Shown here: piece after piece, positions 21,009 through 29,221 of the stretch
How positions within the stretch are numbered: the first letter of the stretch is position 1
Layout of the letters: each line of letters starts with the position of its first letter
From: an uncultured Solibacteraceae bacterium
GTDB lineage: Bacteria; Acidobacteriota; Vicinamibacteria; Vicinamibacterales; SCN-69-37
NCBI GenBank assembly: GCA_964573795.1
Contig: CAZNMF010000261.1
Location: 1-47,003, forward strand
Reading direction: 5' to 3'
Length of the DNA stretch: 47,003 bases
The notes under the pieces: generated by a model
The model's database searches: none
What the model saw: the letters and a program-made list of their open reading frames with translations, nothing else
What the model was told of the DNA's origin: nothing
Position numbers and translations under genes: made by a program

Positions 21009-22316
21009 TTACGCTCCCTCATTGTGCTCGACCGGCAGGACCGACGCACGGACTTCCTTGACGCCGCGGCCGGACGTGGCCGTGACCGCCAGACGCAGCC
21101 GTCCGTGCTCGACGACGTCGCCGACGACCGGCGGGCGGCCCAGCTCGGCGAGGACGAGCCCGCTCACGCTCTCCACTTCCTCGTGCTCGATGTCGAGGTC
21201 GAAATGCCGTCCGAGCTCGTCCAGCCGCACCGTGCCTGCGACCCTCGCCGAGCCGTCCGGCAGCGCGGTGATCGACAGCGTCGGTACGCCTTCGTCGATG
21301 TCGCCGACGACTTCCTCGAACAGATCTTCGAGGCCGATGATGCCGGCCGTGCCCCCGTGCTCGTCGATGACGGCCGCGACGTGCGCGCGATCGCGCTGCA
21401 GCGTCGCCAGGACATCGTCGAGCGACGCCGTCTCCGGCACCACCGGGATCCGACGAACGGCCGCGGCGGTCAACGGGCGGTCGTCCAGCAGACAGCGCAG
21501 GAGATCTTTGGCGTGCACGACGCCGACGACGTGGTCGAGGTCACCGTCGTAAACCACGTAGCGCGTCCGCCGGTTCTCGAGCACGATGCGCCGCACCTGC
21601 GGCGGCGTCGCGCCCGCGGGAATGCCCACGACGCGGACGCGCGGCACCATCGCCTGCGAGGCCGTGAGATCGCCGAACTCCAGCAGCTCGCGGACGATCG
21701 TGGCCGATTCGTCGCGGATGGCCCCGCCGCGCTGGCTCTCTTCGACGATCAGCTGCAGCTCTTCGGGCGTGTAGACCTGTTCCTGCGCGTTCTCCTGGCG
21801 GCGGATGCCGACCAGCCGCAGGCACAAGCGCGCGACGCCATTGGACAGCGCGACGACGGGAAAGAGCACGAACAGCATCGCCTGCATCGGCCAGTGCGCG
21901 ATGCGCGCGACACGTTCCGGATCCTGCAACGCGATGCCCTTGGGCACCATCTCGCCGAGCACGATGTGCGCGACCGTCAGCACGAGCAGCGCGAGCGTCG
22001 TCGCTATGGCCGCCTCGCCCGCGAGGGTGACGCGCTCGAAGAGCCGCTCGAAATGACGCGCCAGCTCGTGCTCGCCGTACATACCGAGCCCGAGGCTCGC
22101 GAGCGAGATGCCGATCTGCGCCGTGGCGACGTAGCGATCCTGCCGGACGGGCGACGTCAGCACGGCCAGCACGCGCTTCGCCAGCGAATCGCCGTGCGAC
22201 GATCGCCGCTCGAGCGACGGGCGCGGCGACGCGATGAGCGCGAACTCGGCGGAGACGAACAGTCCGTTCAACGCGACGAACAGCAGGCTGAGCAGCAGGA
22301 CGGACGTCAGCGTCAT
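21009..22316 (-). CDS. CNNM/DUF21-CBS-CorC_HlyC family membrane protein (hemolysin-family / putative divalent cation efflux)
   Basis: 435 aa. N-terminal DUF21 TM domain (LNGLFVSAEFALIA), a CBS pair, and a C-terminal CorC/HlyC-like domain. Confidence 0.85.
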   Translation of the reverse strand: MTLTSVLLLSLLFVALNGLFVSAEFALIASPRPSLERRSSHGDSLAKRVLAVLTSPVRQDRYVATAQIGISLASLGLGMYGEHELARHFERLFERVTLAGEAAIATTLALLVLTVAHIVLGEMVPKGIALQDPERVARIAHWPMQAMLFVLFPVVALSNGVARLCLRLVGIRRQENAQEQVYTPEELQLIVEESQRGGAIRDESATIVRELLEFGDLTASQAMVPRVRVVGIPAGATPPQVRRIVLENRRTRYVVYDGDLDHVVGVVHAKDLLRCLLDDRPLTAAAVRRIPVVPETASLDDVLATLQRDRAHVAAVIDEHGGTAGIIGLEDLFEEVVGDIDEGVPTLSITALPDGSARVAGTVRLDELGRHFDLDIEHEEVESVSGLVLAELGRPPVVGDVVEHGRLRLAVTATSGRGVKEVRASVLPVEHNEGA

Positions 22317-23377
22317 GGCCGCCCGCCTTGCCGCACGGCCGCTGCAGCGGCGGGCCGCAGACCGAGCAGCTCGCCGAGCACGTCCTGGATGGTCACGAGG
22401 CCGAGCGCCACGCCTTCGCGATTGATGACGATCGCCGAGTGCGCGCGTCGCTCGCGGAGCAGCGCCAGCGCGCGATCCGCCGGCAGATCGTCCTGGAGTT
22501 GCAGCACGGGACGCATGAGCCGCTCGAGCGCTGCGGCACCGTCGGCGGCATAGCGCTCCACGAGATCCTTCACGCGCAAGGTGCCGACGACGTGCTCGCG
22601 CGAGCCGCGGTAGACCGGCAGACGGCTGAACGGGCTGCCCGCGACGGTGGTCAGCACGTCGGGCCAGGGCGTGCCGATCTCCAGCATCGTGACGCGATCG
22701 CGCGGGACCATCAGATCGCGCGTCAGCCGCTGGTTCAGGTGCAGCGCGCGGCGCAGGCGCTGCTGTTCTTCCGGCTCGAGCAGGCCGCCGTCGCGGCTCT
22801 CGGCGATCAGCAGATCGATCTCTTCCGGCGAGTGCAGATGGCGATGGCCGTGCTCCGACGCCCCCACAAGCCGCAGCAGGAGCAGCGCCGCGCCGTTGAG
22901 CAGCGCGATGAATGGCCGGAACGCGACGAGCGACCAGCGCATCGGCATGACGGTCGCGAGCGCCGTCTCCGTCGGGTACTGCAGAGCCAGCGCTTTCGGC
23001 ACGAGCTCACCGAGCACAACTTGCGCGGCGGTCAGCGCGACGAGGACGATGACCGCGGCCGCCGACAGCGCCGCGGCCGGCGCGATCTCCCACCACGCGG
23101 AGAGCAGCGCGGCCAGCGGCCGGCTGATCGTGGCCTGCGCGTAGGCGCCGACCATCAGGCTCGAGAGCGTGATGCCGACCTGGGACGCGCCGACATAGCG
23201 ATCGAGCGCGGCCGGATCGTCGACGTGCGGCAGGAGCCGCTGCGCGAGCCAATGGCCATCCTCGGCAAGCCGCCGGACGCGGCTGCGCCGGACGCCGACC
23301 GCGCCGAACTCGGCCGCGACGTAGAGCGCATTGGCCGCGACGAGCGCGGCGAGCACCATCCAGATGACGGCGGACAT
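22313..23377 (-). CDS. CNNM/DUF21-CBS family membrane protein (paralog without the CorC_HlyC C-terminal domain)
   Basis: 354 aa. ANALYVAAEFGAVGVRRSRV DUF21 signature and a CBS pair. The stop overlaps the downstream paralog start (ATGA, 22313-22316). Confidence 0.8.
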   Translation of the reverse strand: MSAVIWMVLAALVAANALYVAAEFGAVGVRRSRVRRLAEDGHWLAQRLLPHVDDPAALDRYVGASQVGITLSSLMVGAYAQATISRPLAALLSAWWEIAPAAALSAAAVIVLVALTAAQVVLGELVPKALALQYPTETALATVMPMRWSLVAFRPFIALLNGAALLLLRLVGASEHGHRHLHSPEEIDLLIAESRDGGLLEPEEQQRLRRALHLNQRLTRDLMVPRDRVTMLEIGTPWPDVLTTVAGSPFSRLPVYRGSREHVVGTLRVKDLVERYAADGAAALERLMRPVLQLQDDLPADRALALLRERRAHSAIVINREGVALGLVTIQDVLGELLGLRPAAAAAVRQGGRP

Positions 23378-23437
23378 CCCGGCAACAGTCTACTGGCAGC
23401 CGCCGCGGCGTCGTCGCGATAGAATCCACGGCCGTCA

Positions 23438-24421
23438 ATGCGCCGCCTCTCCGTCGCTGTGCTCATCGTCCTGGCCGCCGCGTGCGGCTCGTCGTCACGG
23501 CCGCCGACGGCCCCGTCGCCTGTGACGCAGGCGCCGGTCACGCCACCGCCACCGCCACCACCGGTGATGCTGACGGGCCGCGTTGTCGCGTCAGTCACCG
23601 GCGAGGCGCTTGGCGGTCTGTCGATCGATCTCTCGGGCACGAAGACGACAACCGACGCCGACGGCCGGTTTCGATACGAGCTGCCGCCCGGAGGCAGCTA
23701 CCCGCGGCTGACGATCAGCGGCCCGGGTGTCGTTCAGCGCTCGATGTCGCTGTCGGCCCTTGGATCGCGAGAGCTCACTGTCGACGTCATCTCGTTGGGG
23801 AGCGGATTCGATCTCGACTATTACCGCCGGCTCGTGCGCGACGACTACGACTCGCCAGGATTGCTCCGGCCGCTCCGCCGGTGGACGGAGGCACCGCGGC
23901 TCTACTTGAAGACGGTCGACGAAACGGGCACGCCGGTCGATACGGACACGGTCGAACGCGTCGCCGCGGCGTTCGAGGACGATGCCGCGGCGTGGACCGG
24001 CGGCCGGTTCGGCCTTGCGGGGATCGAGCGCGGCACCGAGACGCGCGAGGGCGTCAGCGGATGGATCACCGTGAAATGGCCGGTCGACGGCGACGAGACG
24101 CTGTGCGGTCGCGCGCAAATCGCCGCCGACGGCGGCTGGATCGAGCTCTACTCCCAGAACCGCGATTGCGCGTGTGTCGGCTCGCGCATCTCGCCGGGCG
24201 TCGTGAGGCACGAGCTGGGGCACGCGATGGGCTTCTATCACACGGGCGAGCGCGACGACGTCATGTACCCGTTCGCGCAGTGCGACCGGCATCCGTCTCC
24301 GCGCGAGCGTCTGCACGCGGCGATCGCCTACAGCCGTCCGTTCGGCAACATGGACCTCGACGACGATCCGTTCTCGCTGTTCCAGCGCCTCAAGGCCAGC
24401 GCCCCCATTGTCGTCAACTGA
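23438..24421 (+). CDS. Lipoprotein with metzincin-type zinc protease motif
   Basis: Lipobox MRRLSVAVLIVLAAAC, a Pro-rich linker, and a CarboxypepD_reg-like segment (LTGRVVASVTGEALGGLSIDLSG..TDADGRF). HELGHAMGFYH (HExxHxxGxxH) is followed by VMYP, a possible Met-turn. Confidence 0.7.
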   Translation: MRRLSVAVLIVLAAACGSSSRPPTAPSPVTQAPVTPPPPPPPVMLTGRVVASVTGEALGGLSIDLSGTKTTTDADGRFRYELPPGGSYPRLTISGPGVVQRSMSLSALGSRELTVDVISLGSGFDLDYYRRLVRDDYDSPGLLRPLRRWTEAPRLYLKTVDETGTPVDTDTVERVAAAFEDDAAAWTGGRFGLAGIERGTETREGVSGWITVKWPVDGDETLCGRAQIAADGGWIELYSQNRDCACVGSRISPGVVRHELGHAMGFYHTGERDDVMYPFAQCDRHPSPRERLHAAIAYSRPFGNMDLDDDPFSLFQRLKASAPIVVN

Positions 24422-24455
24422 CGTCTGCGCGAGGGCGCGGCGCGATCCGTGCTCG

Positions 24456-25355
24456 TCAGCGCTTCACGTACTTCCGCCAGTCGTGCTCCTCACGGAAGCC
24501 GAGCACGTCGCGGATCTTGCGGTTGGAGATCGGCGCCTCGCGATCGCCGAGCGCGCGACGGATTGGCGTCTTCGGCGCATGGCGCGCGAGAAATTCTGTC
24601 GTCGGGAGATCTGCAGTGATCGTGTCGTTGACCGCGTTGAAGATCTGAAAGCCGAGCCCGTCTTTCTCGAGCGCGAGATGGACGATCTGTCCCAGATCGC
24701 GCGCGTCGATGTAGCTCCACGCATTGCGCTTGCGCGACGGCGGATCGGCGATGAACGCCGGAAACCGATCGTACTCGTGCGGCTCGATGATGTTGCCGAT
24801 GCGCAGCGCGTAGATGTCGGCGCCGGTGCGCTCGGCGAACGCGCGCGCGGTCCGCTCGTTGACGACCTTCGACAGCCCGTAGCTATCCATCGGATCGACG
24901 TCGTAGTCCTCTTCCAGCGGGAACGCGTGATAGTCCTTGTCGCCGTCCGCGAAGCACACGCCGTACGTCGTCTCGCTCGACGCGATGACGATCTTGCGGA
25001 TGCCCAGCGTCGTCGCCGCCTCGATCACGTGATACGTGCTCATCACGTTCGTACGGAACGTCTCGGCGTCGGGCTTGATCATGTTGCGCGCGATCGCGGC
25101 GAAATGGACGACCGCGTCGACGGGCCGTCGGCCGCCGCCATCCGCGAACCCGGCCATCGACAGATGGCTCGTGAGCGCATTGAACACCTGACCGCCGTCG
25201 CCGACGTCCGCAATCAGCGTGTGGACGTGCGGATGGTCGAGCGGCTGCACGTCGACGTTGAGGACCGCGTAGCCGCGCTCGAGCAGATAGGGCACGACGT
25301 GACGGCCAGCTTTGCCTGAGCCGCCGGTGAAGGCGATGCGTGGATGTCTGGGCAC
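24456..25355 (-). CDS. NAD-dependent epimerase/dehydratase (SDR) family protein
   Basis: 299 aa. Rossmann motif FTGGSGKAGRHVVPYLLERGYAV and an extended-SDR-like body. GTG start. Confidence 0.8.
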   Translation of the reverse strand: MPRHPRIAFTGGSGKAGRHVVPYLLERGYAVLNVDVQPLDHPHVHTLIADVGDGGQVFNALTSHLSMAGFADGGGRRPVDAVVHFAAIARNMIKPDAETFRTNVMSTYHVIEAATTLGIRKIVIASSETTYGVCFADGDKDYHAFPLEEDYDVDPMDSYGLSKVVNERTARAFAERTGADIYALRIGNIIEPHEYDRFPAFIADPPSRKRNAWSYIDARDLGQIVHLALEKDGLGFQIFNAVNDTITADLPTTEFLARHAPKTPIRRALGDREAPISNRKIRDVLGFREEHDWRKYVKR

Positions 25356-25564
25356 GATGGGAAGGGCTCGAACGAAGAAGAATTAGATGAAGAGTTAAAA
25401 GTCAAAAGCCAGAAGCCAGCTCGCTCCGGGTCAGCATACGCGGATTGACCGCGAGCGTGCGAGCCCGGGCGGACAATCGTCACGCGATCGTGACGTACCC
25501 GATCGTGCGCGGCGGGAGTAGACTCGTGCTGACCGTACAACCCGCTCCCCTGGAGGTCTCGACC

Positions 25565-25810
25565 ATGGCGGTTATCTCCTGGCTCGTCTCGGGTCTGATC
25601 ATCGGCGCGATCGCGAAGTTCCTCATGCCGGGCAAGGATCCCGGCGGCATCCTCGTCACGATTCTCCTCGGCATTGCCGGCGCCTTCGTCGGCAGCTATC
25701 TCGGACAGACGCTCGGCTGGTACGCGCCGGGCCAGCCCGCGGGATGGATCGCCTCGATCGTCGGCGCCATCATTCTCCTCGGCATCTACCGTCTGCTCAA
25801 ACGCGCCTGA
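25565..25810 (+). CDS. GlsB/YeaQ/YmgE-family stress-response membrane protein
   Basis: The ATG at 25565 has a GGAGG RBS 9 nt upstream. MAVISWLVSGLIIGAIAKFLMPGKDPGGILVTILLGIAGAFVGSYLG..., 81 aa. Confidence 0.85.
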   Translation: MAVISWLVSGLIIGAIAKFLMPGKDPGGILVTILLGIAGAFVGSYLGQTLGWYAPGQPAGWIASIVGAIILLGIYRLLKRA

Positions 25811-25849
25811 GCGCGACGTCGCGGTCGTCGCGGTTTCGAATCGTCGTAG

Positions 25850-25872
25850 CCGGCGGGCTTCATGCCCGCCGG
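25850..25872. terminator. Hairpin between convergent glsB-like and ADOP permease genes
   Basis: CCGGCGGGC-TTCAT-GCCCGCCGG is a 9-bp perfect stem, followed on the + strand by TTCCCC. Confidence 0.5.
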
Positions 25873-25891
25873 TTCCCCGCTGAAAATTGTT

Positions 25892-28549
25892 CTAGTCCTG
25901 TCGCAGCGCGACGATCGGATCGACGCGCGACGCGTGACGCGCGGGAATGACACAGGCCGCGAGCGCGATGATCGCGAGCGCGCACGCGACGAGGCCGTAC
26001 GTCAGCGGATCGCGCACCGTCACGCCGTACACGAGGTTCGCGAGCGATCGGCTGAGGCCGAACGCGGCCGCGAGGCCCACGCCGATGCCGGCAAGCCCCA
26101 CCGTCATGCCTTCGCGGACGATCAACCCCAGCACACCCGTCCGTTGCGCGCCGAGCGCCATCCGCAAGCCAATCTCCTGCGTGCGCTGGTTGACGGAGTA
26201 CGCGAGCACGCCGTAGATCCCGATCGCGGCGATGAGCAGCGCGACGAGCGCAAAGGCCGTCATCAGGATCGCGTTCAATCGCGACGGAGACGCGCTCGTC
26301 GCCAGCCACTCGTCCATCGTCCTTACCGTCGCGATCGGCAGCGCGGGATCGAGGTCGCGCACGCGCTGGCGAATGAGCGGCAGGACCGACGCGGGATCGC
26401 CCTCCGTGCGGATGGCGACGTCCATCGGCGGCAGTGTGACGATCAGGCTGCTCGGGTAGTAGATGGCCGGCGATTCCTGCGTCAGCGCCGAGTGACGCAC
26501 GTCGCCGACGACGCCGATCACCGTGTACGTGCGCGCGTCGTGCTGGCGGTGCAGCGTGCGGCCGATCGGATCGGTGTCGCCCCAGAACCGCCGCGCCGTC
26601 GCCTGGCTGACGATCACGACGAACGACGAGGGCGCGCTGTCGGCGTCCTCGAACTCGCGGCCGCGCAGCAGCGGGATGCGCATCGTCTCGAAGTACGTCG
26701 GCCCGACGATGCGCCAGTCGGTAGGGACCGCGGCGTCGGGCGGCAGCTCCGACGGACCGGTCGTCGCGATTGGCGTCGTCGTGTAGTTGCCCGCGCCGAA
26801 CGGCAGGCCGCTCGAGATCGTCGCGCCGCGCACGCCGGGAATCGCGCGCAGCGACGGCAGCAATTGCTGAAAGAACGTCATGCCGCGCATGTCGGCGTAC
26901 CGGCCGGGCGGCAGCGAGAGTTGGAAGGTCAGCAGCCGATCGGGATCGAAGCCGAGATTGACGTGCTGGAGGCGCATGAGACTCTGCGTCAGCAGTCCCG
27001 CGCCGATCAGCAGCATCGTGGCGAGCGCGAGTTGCACGGCGGCGAGGCTGCTGCCGAGGCGTCGGCGATCGCCCGTCGAGCCGCGGCTCGTGCGCTTGAG
27101 CACGTCGGTGACCGCGAGCCGCGACGCGCGCCACGCGGGCGCGATGCCGAAGAGCAGGCCGGTGATCATCGTGAGCGCCAGCGCGAAGCCGAGCACGGTC
27201 GTGTCGACGCTCACGCCGGAGACCGGCAGGAGATTGGGCGGCAGTACCGCGTCGATCGCGCGAACGGCCCAGAAGGCGAGCGCAAGGCCGGCCGCGCCGC
27301 CGAGCCCCGACAGCACGAGACTCTCGACGAGCACCTGCGCGAGCACGCGGCGGCGGCTGGCGCCGAGCGCCGTGCGCACGGCCATTTCCTTTTGTCGCGC
27401 CGCGGCGCGCGCCAGCAGCAGATTCGCGACGTTCGCGGCGGCAATCAGGAGCACGCACGCAACGGCGCCGAGCAGCATCAGCAACGCGGTGCTCAGTTGC
27501 GGGCTGATGATCCAGTCGTGGAACGTGACGAGCTGGACGCTCCAGTCCCTCATCTCTGTGTATTGCCGGCTCACCTGAGCGGCAACCGCGCTCATCTGCG
27601 CCTGCGCGTCGGCGAGACCGAGGCCGGGTCTCAAGCGGCCGACGGCGAAGATGGTGTGATTGAGCCGCATCTCGTGCGCGGGATCGATCGTCAGCGGCCG
27701 CCAGATGTCGCCGCCGGACAGCAGCGCGAGCGGCGCGGGCGCGATGCCGACGATGGTCATCGACACGCCGTTGAGCATGATCGTCCGGCCGATGGTCGCG
27801 GGATCGCGATCGAAGCGATGACGCCACATCGCGTCGCTGATCAGCACGACCGGCGCCGCGCCGGGACGTTCGTCGTCGTCGACGAAGCCGCGGCCCGCGA
27901 TTGGGCGGAGACCGAGCAGCGGCAGGAGCGACGCGCTCAGGCGTCCGCCGGCGAACTGCTCGGGCTCGCCGCTGCCGGTCAACGTGAACGTCGCGAAGGT
28001 CAACGCGCCCATCGACTCGAACGATTGCGATCCGTCCTTCCATGACAGGTAGTTCAGGATCGACGCGGCGAACGCCGGCAGGTTCAGGCGATCGTTGCGC
28101 TCCGCGATCCAGACCAGCCGCGACGGCTCGGCGAAGGGCAGCGGCCGCAGGAGCACGGCGTTGACGACGCTGAACACGGCGGTGTTGGCGCCGATGGCGA
28201 GCGCGATCGTCAGCACGACCGCGAGCGTCCAGATGGGCGACTTCTTCAGCAGACGGCCCGTGTACCGGAGATCGTGCATCCACATGTCGGCGGCTCCTGT
28301 GCGATGGCGCGAGGCGTGCGTGTCTCGTGGCGGAAATGGCGCCGCGCCCTGCCGGCCCCGCGGCCACGACGAGGCAAGCGCCTGCCGCCAGTAGCGGCGT
28401 GCGGCGCGACGTGGCGAGTCGCCGGCGGCGATCGCCTCGGCGAAGGCCTCGTCGAGGTCGCCGAGCACGAGCTCCTGACGCTCGCCCCGAAGTCGCCACG
28501 CGACGAGCCGGCGCGCCAGACGTGGGGGACGCGGATCGCGCGGCGTCAT
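25892..28549 (-). CDS. ADOP-type duplicated FtsX/MacB-like permease (no adjacent ABC ATPase)
   Basis: The ATG at 28549 overlaps the PadR stop (ATGA). A cytoplasmic prefix region is followed by LRYTGRLLKKSPIWTLAVVLTIALAIGANTAVFSVVNAVLLRPLPFAEPSRLVWI. There are two MacB-periplasmic plus FtsX 4-TM halves. The C-terminus ...ARHASRVDPIVALRQD is typical of the family. Confidence 0.88.
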   Translation of the reverse strand: MTPRDPRPPRLARRLVAWRLRGERQELVLGDLDEAFAEAIAAGDSPRRAARRYWRQALASSWPRGRQGAAPFPPRDTHASRHRTGAADMWMHDLRYTGRLLKKSPIWTLAVVLTIALAIGANTAVFSVVNAVLLRPLPFAEPSRLVWIAERNDRLNLPAFAASILNYLSWKDGSQSFESMGALTFATFTLTGSGEPEQFAGGRLSASLLPLLGLRPIAGRGFVDDDERPGAAPVVLISDAMWRHRFDRDPATIGRTIMLNGVSMTIVGIAPAPLALLSGGDIWRPLTIDPAHEMRLNHTIFAVGRLRPGLGLADAQAQMSAVAAQVSRQYTEMRDWSVQLVTFHDWIISPQLSTALLMLLGAVACVLLIAAANVANLLLARAAARQKEMAVRTALGASRRRVLAQVLVESLVLSGLGGAAGLALAFWAVRAIDAVLPPNLLPVSGVSVDTTVLGFALALTMITGLLFGIAPAWRASRLAVTDVLKRTSRGSTGDRRRLGSSLAAVQLALATMLLIGAGLLTQSLMRLQHVNLGFDPDRLLTFQLSLPPGRYADMRGMTFFQQLLPSLRAIPGVRGATISSGLPFGAGNYTTTPIATTGPSELPPDAAVPTDWRIVGPTYFETMRIPLLRGREFEDADSAPSSFVVIVSQATARRFWGDTDPIGRTLHRQHDARTYTVIGVVGDVRHSALTQESPAIYYPSSLIVTLPPMDVAIRTEGDPASVLPLIRQRVRDLDPALPIATVRTMDEWLATSASPSRLNAILMTAFALVALLIAAIGIYGVLAYSVNQRTQEIGLRMALGAQRTGVLGLIVREGMTVGLAGIGVGLAAAFGLSRSLANLVYGVTVRDPLTYGLVACALAIIALAACVIPARHASRVDPIVALRQD

Positions 28550-28875
28550 GACGAGTGCAGCTTCGGCTGGAGTCCGCGCGCCATCTCGCCGAGGGCCTGG
28601 TGCGTGTCGCGCAAGCGCGCGACGCCGGCCGGCGTCGCGCAATACAGGCGGCGCCGCTTGCCGCCGCGTTGCGGCGTCGGCTCGCCGAGCTTCGACGTGA
28701 CGAGCTGACGCGCCGTGAGGCGGTCGAGGCCCGCGTAGATGGCGCCTGGCGAGATCAGGCGGCCCGTGCGCGACTCGATCAGCCGCGCGATGTCGAGGCC
28801 CGAGGCGTCCGGCCCGAGGCGGACGAGGGCGTAGAGCAGCGTCTGCTCGAACGCGCCCAGGTGATGGCGTCCCAT
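28546..28875 (-). CDS. PadR-family transcriptional regulator
   Basis: The ATG at 28875 gives MGRHHLGAFEQTLLYALVRLGPDASGLDIARLIESRTGRLISPGAIYAGLDRLTARQLVTS...RRRLYCATPAGV (winged HTH). 109 aa. An AT-rich upstream segment is present. The 241-aa ORF-track version is an unlikely extension. Confidence 0.82.
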   Translation of the reverse strand: MGRHHLGAFEQTLLYALVRLGPDASGLDIARLIESRTGRLISPGAIYAGLDRLTARQLVTSKLGEPTPQRGGKRRRLYCATPAGVARLRDTHQALGEMARGLQPKLHSS

Positions 28876-28979
28876 ATTCGCTCTATTGTAGTTAATATCG
28901 ACGCCGGCCGCGACCTGAAAGATGGCGCCTATGACCGCCGTCATACCGGCGCCCGGCCGCCGCTGAGTACCGTGGTCTC

Positions 28980-29207
28980 GTGCGTGACGCGATCCTTCAT
29001 CCGGCCCGGCCCGAGCGCGTGTGCTGGGGATGCGAGAAGTACTGCCCCGCGCAGGATCTCGCGTGCGGCAACGGCACGATCCGCACGCCGCATCCGTCCG
29101 AGCTGTTCGGCGACGACTGGCTGGAATGGTCGGACGGGCACGATGAGACGCCCACCGCGCCGGCCACGCCCGCCGCTGCGGGCAGCGACAAGGGCCGCGC
29201 GACGTAA
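28980..29207 (+). CDS. Small cysteine-rich protein (possibly DUF3079-like)
   Basis: 75 aa with a GTG start. HPARPERVCWGCEKYCPAQDLACGNGTIRTPHPSELFGDDWLEW has 4 Cys in CxxC-x3-C-x7-C spacing and an acidic/Pro-Ala tail. Lies 14 nt upstream of the next gene. Confidence 0.6.
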   Translation: MRDAILHPARPERVCWGCEKYCPAQDLACGNGTIRTPHPSELFGDDWLEWSDGHDETPTAPATPAAAGSDKGRAT

Positions 29208-29221
29208 GATCGGCCGTCCGC

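Noticed and set aside
28914-28920. An additional TTTCAGG/CCTGAAA occurrence near the PadR1 promoter, considered as another KdpE-like box.
   Set aside because: It is a single hexamer without a phased partner. Isolated 6-7-mers are expected by chance many times in 47 kb.
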